From an uncultured Enterobacteriaceae bacterium (GTDB taxonomy: Bacteria > Myxococcota_A > UBA9042), in the NCBI GenBank assembly GCA_964356325.1, contig CAYHHL010000008.1, forward strand, positions 342-56,193: a DNA stretch of 55,852 nt. Reading direction: 5' to 3'. Below the pieces are notes generated by a model. That model searched no databases, had not been told where the DNA came from, and was given only the letters and a program-made list of their open reading frames with translations. Every line of letters begins with the position of its first letter. Within the stretch, counting starts at the first letter, position 1. Shown in pieces: positions 27,775-36,510 of this stretch. The position numbers and the translations under genes are program-made.

Positions 27775-30700
27775 CTACGGCGCGACGGCCACGCGCGGTT
27801 GCTCGACGTAACGTATCGATACCATAGGTCGAAACGCCGGAACGCCGAAGCCGGGCCACAGGCCGAACGTCGACCCTGCGCTCAGGTAGAAGTCCGAGCC
27901 CAGTTCCAGGTTGAGCGCCAGACCCGCCTCCAACCGCTCGTTCGGGCCGTGCTGCAGCGGCGAGGTCAGGGGCGTCTCGTACGTCAGGCTCGCGTCCAGC
28001 CACCAGCCTTCAGGCCGCCACCAGTGCTTCCAATTGCCGCGCACTACCGAGGGGTTGAGGCTGCCCGCCGCGCCCAACCGCAGCGCCGGTCCGTCGGTCA
28101 CGTTGAACGCCTGCTGCTCGGCTTGGATGCGCACGCCGGCGTTCATCGCCACCCGCCACGGCCCGAACTGGGCGGAAGTCATCGCGGTCGGCGTCACCGT
28201 CGCGCCCGGCCGACCGGTGTAGTCGTCGGGCGATCCGGTCGGTAGCGTCAACGGCAGCATCGCCGCAACACCCCAACCTCCCGCGCGATCGGGCATCAGC
28301 ACCCACTTGGCCGCCAGCATCAAGTCGCCCACGGCGGTATTGCGGATGGGGCCCGACATCGGCCCGTACAGCGAAGGTCGCGAGCCGGTCTGGTAGAGCG
28401 CCAGCGGCAAGTACGCACCCAGAGTCAGGTTTCGCCAAACGCGCCACGCCGCGCCCAGATCCGCTTGCAGCCGGCCGTCGACGAGTGGCCGCACCACCGC
28501 GAGATCCGTGCCCACCACCAGCGGTCGGTACGCATACTGCGTTTGCACGGCGAAGGTCGGCGTCCCGAGTTCGATCTGCCGCGCTGCCTCGACGCCCAGC
28601 ATGCCCTGACCGTCCAGGTTCATGCGCATCCCGGTCACGTCCGGCGGCGTCAGTGCGAAGCCCAGCGCGGGCAACACCAGCATCGGCAGCACAAAAAAGA
28701 CCTTGAACATCGAAAACTTGCGCCGGCGCCCCAGCAACAGACCCACCGCGATCGCCAAAAGCCCCAGCACGCCTGGATCACGCCCCGAGGTCCCGCACGA
28801 AAGCGGCGTGGTGCCACGGATCTTCGCGCCCGGCTCCAGCACCTCCAAGTCGTCGCTCGGATCCAGAGGATTGGTCCCGGTTTGCAGCACTTCCACGTCG
28901 TCGGACAGCCCGCCGCCGTCCGTGTCCGCCAAACGCCAGTCCGTGTGCCACTTGTGCACCTCGTCCCCGTCCGCAAGCGTGTCGTCGTCGCTGTCCGTGT
29001 CGCGGTAGTCAGGCATCGTGTCGCCGTCGCTGTCCACGGGCACTTGCGGCACGATCGGCGCGTCGGGCAGCAAGCCAGCCTCGTCCTTGTCCGGCACCGT
29101 GTCGCCGTCGCTGTCCGTGTCCACCGCGTCGATCTGGCCGTCCGCGTCCGTGTCCAATGGGTGCGACAGATCGCCCAGTTCGGTCGGATCGCTCAGCCCA
29201 TCGCCGTCGGTGTCCGCGCTGTTCGGATTGGTCCCGAGTTTGATTTCCAGCGCGTTGGGCAGCGTGTCGTCGTCCAGATCGCCATTGATCGTGCCATCGT
29301 CGCCTTGCACCAGCGGATCCGTCTCGCCGACGTCGACACGCCCGTCGTGGCTGTAATCTTCCACGCCGTCGAGCATGCCGCCCCGATCGGTGTCCGCGAC
29401 CAAGGCAAACGTCGTGGTCGCAGGGTCCTTGTCCGCCCTGAATACGCCGGCTTTGGCATCGGTCGCATCGGGAAATGCCAGCGCCTCGCCAGTCAGCCCG
29501 CGTTCGGTGCCGTCGAACAACTGGTCGTCGTCGCTGTCCTCGTCCACCACACTCGCCAGTCCGTCACCGTCCTGATCGAACGCGAAGTCGTTCTCCTGAC
29601 CGTCCGCCACGCCGTCGTCATCGGTGTCGGCGTCCAGCTTCTGACTACCCAAGTGTGATTCTTCCCGATCGTTCAGGCCGTCGCCATCGCTGTCCGGCTC
29701 GGTCGAGACGCTGTCGGGCGCAAACGGATCGCTTTCGCCAGCGTCCACGTTGCCGTCGTGGTTGGCGTCCTCCCAGCCGTCGCGCTGCCCGTCGCCGTCG
29801 CTGTCCCGGCTGCGCGCGTACGTCCGGCTCAGCGGTTGCTGATCTGGCCGCAAGTTCGTCTCGGCATTCTTGATGTTGCCCAAAACCGGCTTGGTCGCGC
29901 CCAGTTCGGTGCCGTCACCCACGCCGTCATTGTCGCTGTCCGGGTCCAACGCGCCCGCCAGGCCGTCGCCGTCGCCATCGAACGCCGCGTCGGGCTCCAA
30001 GCCGTCGGCGATGCCGTCGTCGTCGCTGTCGGGATCCTTGGCATTGCTGCCCGCGCGATCCTCCTCGGTGTCGGCCAAGCCATCGCCGTCGCCGTCGACC
30101 ACCGCCGTCTGGCTCTCGGCACTGCGCGGATCGCCCTCACCTGCGTCGAACCTGCCATTGCCATTGACATCTTCCAGGCCATCGCGCTGTCCGTCGCCGT
30201 CCGAGTCCGCCACCAAGGGCGAAGTCGTCGTGACGGGTTCCAAGTCCGGCCAGAAGTTGCGCACCGCCAGCCTGGTCGCCGCGGTCGCCTGGCCTGCGCC
30301 GCGCTCCAATCCGTCGGGCAGACCATCGCCGTCGCTGTCCGGATCTGCAGCATTCACTGCACCATCGCGATCGGCGTCATGGCTCAGGTTCCACTCGGCG
30401 CCATCGGGTACGCCGTCGTCGTCGCTGTCGGCATCCTTGGCATCGGTTTGCAGGAACGCTTCCTCGGCATCGGGCAGGCCATCGCCATCGGCATCGGCCA
30501 GTGCAGGCCCCGCGGTGCCCTGGGTCGCGTCGGTCTCGCCCGCTTCCATCTTACCGTCATGATTCGGATCTTCGGCCCCATCTCGCCGCCCGTCGCCATC
30601 GCTGTCGCTGTTGTTCGGGTTGGACTTGCTCAGGTTGTCGGCGTCGGCGATGAAAGCCCGCGCCGCCAGGTCCGTGTCCGCGTCCAGCGTCGACAAGGTC

Positions 30701-33690
30701 CGGCCCAGTTCGGTGCCGTCGAACACGCCGTCGTTGTCGCTGTCCGGATCCAGCGCGTTGATCAGGCCGTCGCCATCGCCATCGGTGCTCAACTCGTCGC
30801 CGTCCAACACCGCGTCGTCGTCCGAATCGCGATCCAGCGGCTTGGTGCGCAGCTTCACTTCGAGACCGTCGCCCAGCCCGTCGCCGTCCGTGTCCGCCTT
30901 GACACGATCAGTGCCGAGCTTCAGTTCCTGGGCATCCGCCAAGCCGTCGCCGTCACTGTCCAAAGCCCGGTAGTCCGCTACACCGTCGCCGTTGCTGTCC
31001 GCGGGCTTGCTCGCCCAGTCCGCGTCGCCGGCCTCTTGCGCGTCGCTCCAGTCGTCGCCGTCGCTGTCGGTGTCCAACGCGTCGATGGTGCCGTCGCCGT
31101 CGGTATCAATCGCCTTGCCTTCCAATAACTTGCTGGCGTTGGTCTCGTCGCCATCCGAGATGGTGTCGCCGTCGCTGTCGGCATTCTTGGGATCGGTGCC
31201 CAGCGCCACCTCGACGCCGTTCTTGACCCCGTCGCCGTCGCCGTCGCCCGCCGCATCATCGCTCGGATCCAGCGGATTGCTCGCGTCGAACAGCACTTCC
31301 TGGCCATCCGCCGTGCCGCCCGCGTCGCTGTCCTTCAAGTTCGGGTCGGTCTCGCCGGCGCTCACCTTGCCGTCGTGGTTCTTATCCTCGGTGCTGTCGA
31401 ACAGGCCATCGCCGTCCGAGTCCTTTGCTAGCGGATTCGTGACACTTTTTGGATCGGCATCGCCCGCCTTGCCCAGTTCCAGGCCGTCGCCCAGGCCGTC
31501 GCCATCGCTGTCCGCCAGGCCGGGGTTGGTTTCGCTCGCCTGCACCTTGCCATCGTGGTTGGCGTCTTCGCTGCCGTCGCCCAAGCCGTCGCCGTCCGAG
31601 TCCAGCGCCACCGGGTTGGTCGTCGTCTTGGGTTCGGCGTCACCCTTGCCACCGGTCTCCAGCCCGTCCTGCAAGCCATCGGCATCACTGTCGATACTGA
31701 GCGGGTTGGTGCCGTGGAAATTCACCTCCAGCCCGTCGGTCAGCCCATCGCCGTCCGAATCGGCGTTGGCCGGGTCGGTCTCGCCAGCGGCCTTGTCCCA
31801 CTTGCCGTCATGGTTTTTGTCCTCCGCGCCGTCCGCCAGGCCATCGCCGTCGCTGTCGGCCTTCTTCGGATTGGGCTCGCCCGGGTCGGTGGTCCCGCTC
31901 TTGTTCTTGTCCTCGACGCCGTCGGGCACCTTGTCGCCGTCGGTATCCACCGCGTTCGGATCGCTGCCCGCGAACGGCGCCGCGCCCAAGTACTTGCCCA
32001 GCCACTCGATCTTGTCCGAAAGCCCGTCGCCGTCGCTGTCTTGCGCGCGCGGGTTGGTCCGGTTGGCGACGATCTTGCCGTCCTTGTCGACCTTGCTGAC
32101 CTTGTACTCCTCCAGGTTGCTCAGCCCGTCGCCGTCGTTGTCGAGCTTGCCGTCGGTCGGATCCAAGGGCTTGAGCGCCGCACCCTGGCCGGTTCCCTTC
32201 GAGTAGCTCACCTCCCACGCGTCATCCAGCCCGTCGCCGTCCGTGTCGGCCTTGCCCGGATCGGTCTCGCCCAGCAGCGGGTCCCACGCGCCGTTGTGGT
32301 TCTTGTCTTCCACGCCGTCCAACAGCGTGTCGCCATCGGTGTCGAACGCGAACGGATCGGTCAGCGTCGTCGGGTCCGTGTCCGACAGGTACGGCGGCGA
32401 CTGCGTGGCCAGCGGTTGCTTGGCGGAAACCTGCGGCTTGGTGAAGCCCTGCTCTTGGCCATCGCCCAACCCGTCGGCGTCGGTATCGAAGCGCACTGGC
32501 GACGTACCTCCCTGGACATGCTCGGGATTACCATCGACGCTGACGCCGCCTTCCTTGCCGTCCAGGATGCCGTCGTCGTCGGTATCGGCATCGTTCGGGT
32601 CGGTTTTCATGTGGTCGGCGAGCGGAAACACTTCCTGCGCGTCGCTCAGCCCATCGCCATCGCCGTCTGTGTCCTTCACCAAGGTCTTGCTGCTCTTGAG
32701 CTCGAAGTTGTCCGACAGCCCGTCATCGTCCTTGTCCTTGCCCTTGTCGTCGGCCGCTTCGTTCGGGTTGCTCGCGTCGAACACCTCCACCGGGTCCAGC
32801 ACGCCGCCGCCGTCGGTATCGGCCTTGAGCGCGTTGGTCTTGTATTTCAACACTTCGTCGGCGTCGGTCAGCGAGTCCCAGTCCGTGTCGGGCAGCAGCG
32901 GATCGGTCTTCCAGCTCAGGACTTCGTCGCCGTCGTTCAAGCCGTCGCCGTCCGTATCGGGCAGAAGTGGATTGGTCTTGTCCGCGATCTCCGCGCCGTC
33001 CTTCAAGCCATCGCCGTCGGTGTCCGGCTTGGCGGGGTCGGTCTTGTATTTCTTGACCTCGTCGCCATCGTTCAGCCCGTCGCCGTCGCTGTCCGTCGCC
33101 AGGCGGTCGGTCTTGTAGACGTTGGTCTCCTGCCAATCGGGCAGGCCGTCCTGGTCCGAGTCCTGCATATCGTCGTCGGGCTTGGTCGGATCCGTATGAT
33201 CGACCAGCACTTCCACGCCGTCATCGGAAAAGCCGTTGTCCGTGTCGACCTGCAGCGGGTTGGATTTGGTGACCTGCAGTTCGACGTTGTCCGGCAGTTG
33301 GTCGCCGTCGGTGTCCTTCAACGCCGGGTTGGTCTTGTACTTGTTGACCTCGTCGCCGTCGGGCAGGAAGTCGCCGTCGGTGTCGGCCTTGGTCGGATCG
33401 GTCGCGGCGATCCCGGGCTTGGGCTTCAGCTCCTGGCTGTCCGAAAGTGCGTCGCCGTCGGTGTCGGCCTTGCTAGGATCGGTCCCGGCCTGGAACTCCT
33501 GAAGATTGCTCAATCCCTCGCCGTCCGGATCACCCGCCGCGGTCTGCTTGAGGTTGCCGAAGTACGCGCCTTCCCAGGCGTCATCGAGACCGTCGAGGTC
33601 GCCGTCGCTCGCCTGGCCGGCCACGCTGAACAGCACCCCGGCGAGCAGGAAGAGGGTCGTGACACGGCGACGGCGCTGGGGCATGTGCAT
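27775..33690 (-). CDS. Giant Ca2+-binding DxDxDG (bacterial TSP3-like) repeat surface protein with internal MYXO-CTERM-like tag and C-terminal outer-membrane beta-barrel
   Basis: N-terminal signal peptide, then dozens of TDPxxxDTDGDGLxDGxE repeats. These are followed by SCGTSGRDPGVLGLLAIAVGLLLGRRRK, a second hydrophobic segment, and amphipathic strands (YAYRPLV, GDLMLAAKW, LTLPTG, PAFRPMVSIRY). Confidence 0.85.
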   Translation of the reverse strand: MHMPQRRRRVTTLFLLAGVLFSVAGQASDGDLDGLDDAWEGAYFGNLKQTAAGDPDGEGLSNLQEFQAGTDPSKADTDGDALSDSQELKPKPGIAATDPTKADTDGDFLPDGDEVNKYKTNPALKDTDGDQLPDNVELQVTKSNPLQVDTDNGFSDDGVEVLVDHTDPTKPDDDMQDSDQDGLPDWQETNVYKTDRLATDSDGDGLNDGDEVKKYKTDPAKPDTDGDGLKDGAEIADKTNPLLPDTDGDGLNDGDEVLSWKTDPLLPDTDWDSLTDADEVLKYKTNALKADTDGGGVLDPVEVFDASNPNEAADDKGKDKDDDGLSDNFELKSSKTLVKDTDGDGDGLSDAQEVFPLADHMKTDPNDADTDDDGILDGKEGGVSVDGNPEHVQGGTSPVRFDTDADGLGDGQEQGFTKPQVSAKQPLATQSPPYLSDTDPTTLTDPFAFDTDGDTLLDGVEDKNHNGAWDPLLGETDPGKADTDGDGLDDAWEVSYSKGTGQGAALKPLDPTDGKLDNDGDGLSNLEEYKVSKVDKDGKIVANRTNPRAQDSDGDGLSDKIEWLGKYLGAAPFAGSDPNAVDTDGDKVPDGVEDKNKSGTTDPGEPNPKKADSDGDGLADGAEDKNHDGKWDKAAGETDPANADSDGDGLTDGLEVNFHGTNPLSIDSDADGLQDGLETGGKGDAEPKTTTNPVALDSDGDGLGDGSEDANHDGKVQASETNPGLADSDGDGLGDGLELGKAGDADPKSVTNPLAKDSDGDGLFDSTEDKNHDGKVSAGETDPNLKDSDAGGTADGQEVLFDASNPLDPSDDAAGDGDGDGVKNGVEVALGTDPKNADSDGDTISDGDETNASKLLEGKAIDTDGDGTIDALDTDSDGDDWSDAQEAGDADWASKPADSNGDGVADYRALDSDGDGLADAQELKLGTDRVKADTDGDGLGDGLEVKLRTKPLDRDSDDDAVLDGDELSTDGDGDGLINALDPDSDNDGVFDGTELGRTLSTLDADTDLAARAFIADADNLSKSNPNNSDSDGDGRRDGAEDPNHDGKMEAGETDATQGTAGPALADADGDGLPDAEEAFLQTDAKDADSDDDGVPDGAEWNLSHDADRDGAVNAADPDSDGDGLPDGLERGAGQATAATRLAVRNFWPDLEPVTTTSPLVADSDGDGQRDGLEDVNGNGRFDAGEGDPRSAESQTAVVDGDGDGLADTEEDRAGSNAKDPDSDDDGIADGLEPDAAFDGDGDGLAGALDPDSDNDGVGDGTELGATKPVLGNIKNAETNLRPDQQPLSRTYARSRDSDGDGQRDGWEDANHDGNVDAGESDPFAPDSVSTEPDSDGDGLNDREESHLGSQKLDADTDDDGVADGQENDFAFDQDGDGLASVVDEDSDDDQLFDGTERGLTGEALAFPDATDAKAGVFRADKDPATTTFALVADTDRGGMLDGVEDYSHDGRVDVGETDPLVQGDDGTINGDLDDDTLPNALEIKLGTNPNSADTDGDGLSDPTELGDLSHPLDTDADGQIDAVDTDSDGDTVPDKDEAGLLPDAPIVPQVPVDSDGDTMPDYRDTDSDDDTLADGDEVHKWHTDWRLADTDGGGLSDDVEVLQTGTNPLDPSDDLEVLEPGAKIRGTTPLSCGTSGRDPGVLGLLAIAVGLLLGRRRKFSMFKVFFVLPMLVLPALGFALTPPDVTGMRMNLDGQGMLGVEAARQIELGTPTFAVQTQYAYRPLVVGTDLAVVRPLVDGRLQADLGAAWRVWRNLTLGAYLPLALYQTGSRPSLYGPMSGPIRNTAVGDLMLAAKWVLMPDRAGGWGVAAMLPLTLPTGSPDDYTGRPGATVTPTAMTSAQFGPWRVAMNAGVRIQAEQQAFNVTDGPALRLGAAGSLNPSVVRGNWKHWWRPEGWWLDASLTYETPLTSPLQHGPNERLEAGLALNLELGSDFYLSAGSTFGLWPGFGVPAFRPMVSIRYVEQPRVAVAP

Positions 33691-33756
33691 TCGGCGGGTT
33701 CCTCGGAGGTGGCTGCGGAGCGCGAGCTTACACCACGCGGCGGTTTCGCCCAAAAA

Positions 33757-33991
33757 GCCGGAACCGGAGCCGGAACCGGAGCCGGGGCCGTGGCCGGAAC
33801 CGGAACCGCGGCCGGAGCCGGGAACCGGTAGGTGGAACTGGTACCTACGCCCGAACCCGAACCCGTTTTCGAGGGCTGAGAAGCGGATAGCTTCGATTCC
33901 TCGAAAACGGGCGGGTCATAGAGCGACAACGGAGCGTCAGACCCGCCCTGGCCCGAACCCGAACCCGGCCCGGGCCCGGAGCCGGAACCGC
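33757..33991. repeat. Intergenic hexamer tracts (CCGGAA/CCGGAG/CCCGAA) interleaved with hairpins
   Basis: Hexamer runs at ~33757-33828, 33850-33865 and 33951-33991. Inverted repeats CCCGTTTTCGAGG/CCTCGAAAACGGG (33862-33911) and GGGCGGGTC/GACCCGCCC (33909-33948). Confidence 0.75.
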
Positions 33992-34052
33992 CTTGACCCT
34001 CCCGCCCCGCACCCTCGACACTCACGCCCCATCCGTTTCGCGAGGCCCCCGC

Positions 34053-35708
34053 GTGCATACCGTCGAGCTCCGCCTGCCCGTGCGCGCCGCCCTGCCGCCG
34101 CAAGGTCATGATCCCGCGGTGCTCGCCGCCGCTGCGGGCGTGCTGTCCCTGCCCGTCGCGCAGCTCGCCGCCGTGGTGATTCGCAAGCGTTCTACGGACC
34201 TGCGCAAACGCCGCGAGCCGTCCTGGGTGTTGCGCTGCGACGTGTTCCTGCGCGACGAAGCGCTGCCTGATCAGGGGGTTCCGCCGCTCCTGCGCCGGTT
34301 CCAGCTCGCCAGGCCGGCGCGCGATCTGCACCCGATCATCGTGGGCATGGGGCCAGCCGGGCTGTTCGCGGCGATCGTCTTTGCCGAAGCGGGAGTGAAG
34401 TGCACGATCGTCGATCGCGGCGCGGCGGTCGAGGAACGTAACCTGCACGTGCGCGATTTGCGGGTCAAAGGCGAACTGAACGCCGAATCCAACCTCTGCT
34501 TCGGTGAGGGCGGCGCGGGCACCTATTCGGACGGCAAGCTATACACCCGCAGCAAGAATCCCCTGGTACGCGACGTCTACGAACGCTTCGTGGCCATGGG
34601 GGCCTCGCCCGACATCCTGGTGCAGGCGCATCCGCATATCGGTACCAACCGGCTGATTCCGATGACCAAAGTCTTACGGGTGGCGCTGCAGGAGGCAGGC
34701 CACGACCTGCGTTTCGGCGCCAAGATGACGAACTTGCTGATCCAGCCGGGCGAACCGCCGCGCGTGACCGGCGTAGTGCTCGAAGACGGCACCGAACTGA
34801 CCGGCGGGCCAGTGATTCTCGCGACCGGGCATTCCGCGCGCGACACCTACCGCATGCTGGCGAGCCGCGGCGTGGCGTTGCAGCGCAAGGACTTCTCGAT
34901 CGGCGCCCGGGTGGAGCATCCGCAAGCCCTGGTCGACGAGGTGCAACTTGGCGAACTGGCAGGCAATCCCGCGCTGGGACCGGCCGAGTACTTCCTCGCC
35001 CAGACGGTGTGGCAGCCGGGTGAGACCCAGCGCGGCGTCTACTCCTTTTGCATGTGTCCGGGCGGCTTCGTGTTGCCGTCGCCGACCAGCCTGGAGCGCC
35101 TCAACGTCAACGGCATGTCCAACGCCAACCGCGGCAGTGGCCTGGCCAATGCCGCGTTGGTGGCGCAACTCTCTGGGCACGAGTTCTACCTGGAGCAGCC
35201 GGGCGACCTGGACGACGACCCCGACTTCGGCATGCACGTGGCAGGCGGCGCGCTGCTCGGGCTGGCGGTGCAGGATCGGCTGGAACGCGCGTGCTATCAG
35301 GCAGGTGGCGGTCACTACCACGCGCCGGCGCAGCGGTTGGTCGACTTTGCGCAAGGCCAGGATTCGGCGGATCTGCCCGAGAAGTACAGCTATCGCCCGG
35401 GGTTGGTGACCGGACGCATCGATCGACTGCTGCCCTCGCGCCTCGTCAAGGCCTTGCAGCAGGGCGCGCGCCAGGTGGATCGCCAGCAGATGCGCGGCTA
35501 TCTGAGTCAGGAGGCGTTGATCGTCGGCGTGGAGACGACCACTTCCAGTCCGGTGCGGGTGCCGCGCGGCGAGGATCGCCAGTCGGTGAGCCACCTTGGG
35601 CTGTATCCGTGCGCGGAAGGGGCAGGCTACGCGGGCGGCATCGTGTCCAGCGCGATCGAGGGGATGGAGGCGGCGCGGGCGATCTTGGGGGCGGCGGGTT
35701 TGTTGTAA
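34053..35708 (+). CDS. NAD(P)/FAD-dependent oxidoreductase (uncharacterised FAD-dependent dehydrogenase family)
   Basis: IVGMGPAGLFAA, FGEGGAGTYSDGKLYTR, HPHIGTN, LATGHSARD, YSFCMCPGG, GAGYAGGIVSSA. Confidence 0.9.
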   Translation: MHTVELRLPVRAALPPQGHDPAVLAAAAGVLSLPVAQLAAVVIRKRSTDLRKRREPSWVLRCDVFLRDEALPDQGVPPLLRRFQLARPARDLHPIIVGMGPAGLFAAIVFAEAGVKCTIVDRGAAVEERNLHVRDLRVKGELNAESNLCFGEGGAGTYSDGKLYTRSKNPLVRDVYERFVAMGASPDILVQAHPHIGTNRLIPMTKVLRVALQEAGHDLRFGAKMTNLLIQPGEPPRVTGVVLEDGTELTGGPVILATGHSARDTYRMLASRGVALQRKDFSIGARVEHPQALVDEVQLGELAGNPALGPAEYFLAQTVWQPGETQRGVYSFCMCPGGFVLPSPTSLERLNVNGMSNANRGSGLANAALVAQLSGHEFYLEQPGDLDDDPDFGMHVAGGALLGLAVQDRLERACYQAGGGHYHAPAQRLVDFAQGQDSADLPEKYSYRPGLVTGRIDRLLPSRLVKALQQGARQVDRQQMRGYLSQEALIVGVETTTSSPVRVPRGEDRQSVSHLGLYPCAEGAGYAGGIVSSAIEGMEAARAILGAAGLL

Positions 35709-35715
35709 AGCAGGC

Positions 35716-36144
35716 CTACCGTGTGGTGCCGCTATCCGCCAACGGGTTCTCCACGCGCACGCCGCGGAACCGACTGCCCGGCTGCAGATCTTCGGTCCAC
35801 AGTGCGTCGCAACCTGCCGCGATCGCCGCCGAAATCACCAGCGCGTCCCAGAACGAGATCCGATGCAGACGCTGCAGATCGATGGCTTCGAGCAGTAGAG
35901 GCACGGTGACCTGGACCACCTCCAAGGTCGCGAACAGCTCCACGTGGCGCCGTGCCACCGCGGCGTCCATGGCGTGCTTGCGCGTGACCACGCTGTAGAA
36001 TTCCTGCAGTACCTGGGTCGACAGCACCGCGGAACGGGTCGTCAGCGCGTCGGCCACGATCTGCCGGGCTCGCTCACCACGCGGACCGGCCGCCAGATCG
36101 ACTGCATATACCAAGACATTCGTGTCGAGAAACGGCCGACTCAC
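35716..36144 (-). CDS. vapC: PIN-domain toxin (VapC-like)
   Basis: FLDTNVLVYA, STQVLQEF, SFWDALVISAA and LWTEDLQ supply the four PIN acidic residues. Confidence 0.9.
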   Translation of the reverse strand: MSRPFLDTNVLVYAVDLAAGPRGERARQIVADALTTRSAVLSTQVLQEFYSVVTRKHAMDAAVARRHVELFATLEVVQVTVPLLLEAIDLQRLHRISFWDALVISAAIAAGCDALWTEDLQPGSRFRGVRVENPLADSGTTR

Positions 36145-36371
36145 GAGCGTCCCGCGTCATAGGCGTCGCCACGGCGGAACGGCTCACCGCTGCGGATGCC
36201 AGCGTTTGCAGCCAGTTCCAGGAATTCGGCCGCCACGTCGCCCCCCGCGTGCGTGCCGGCAAGTCGCTCGATCTGTTCGCGCATCCAGTCGTTCAGGCTG
36301 CGGCCTTGCTTTTGGGCGGCCAAGCGTGCGCGCCGGATGACCTCGTCGTCTGCCGTCAACGTCAGGTTCAT
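36141..36371 (-). CDS. vapB: Ribbon-helix-helix antitoxin (VapB-like)
   Basis: 76 aa, MNLTLTADDEVIRRARLAAQKQGRSLNDWMREQIERLA. 4-nt overlap with the toxin start. Confidence 0.8.
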   Translation of the reverse strand: MNLTLTADDEVIRRARLAAQKQGRSLNDWMREQIERLAGTHAGGDVAAEFLELAANAGIRSGEPFRRGDAYDAGRS

Positions 36372-36510
36372 GTTCTGCTCCGTGCGGGCACAGGTCCCGT
36401 GCACACAGCATGCGTGGTGTTTCCGTGCGCCACAAGTCGAAGAAGCGCTGGCAGCGAGATGGCCGTCTTCATGCCGGCAGCCTGACCCGGTCATACCAAC
36501 GCCGCCACAT

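Noticed and set aside
33506-34111. ORF with PEPEPE/PNPNP repeats
   Set aside because: It is a translation of the intergenic hexamer repeats and overlaps both flanking genes.
35716-36371. TA module as part of a mobile element
   Set aside because: No flanking repeats, integrase or transposase are visible.
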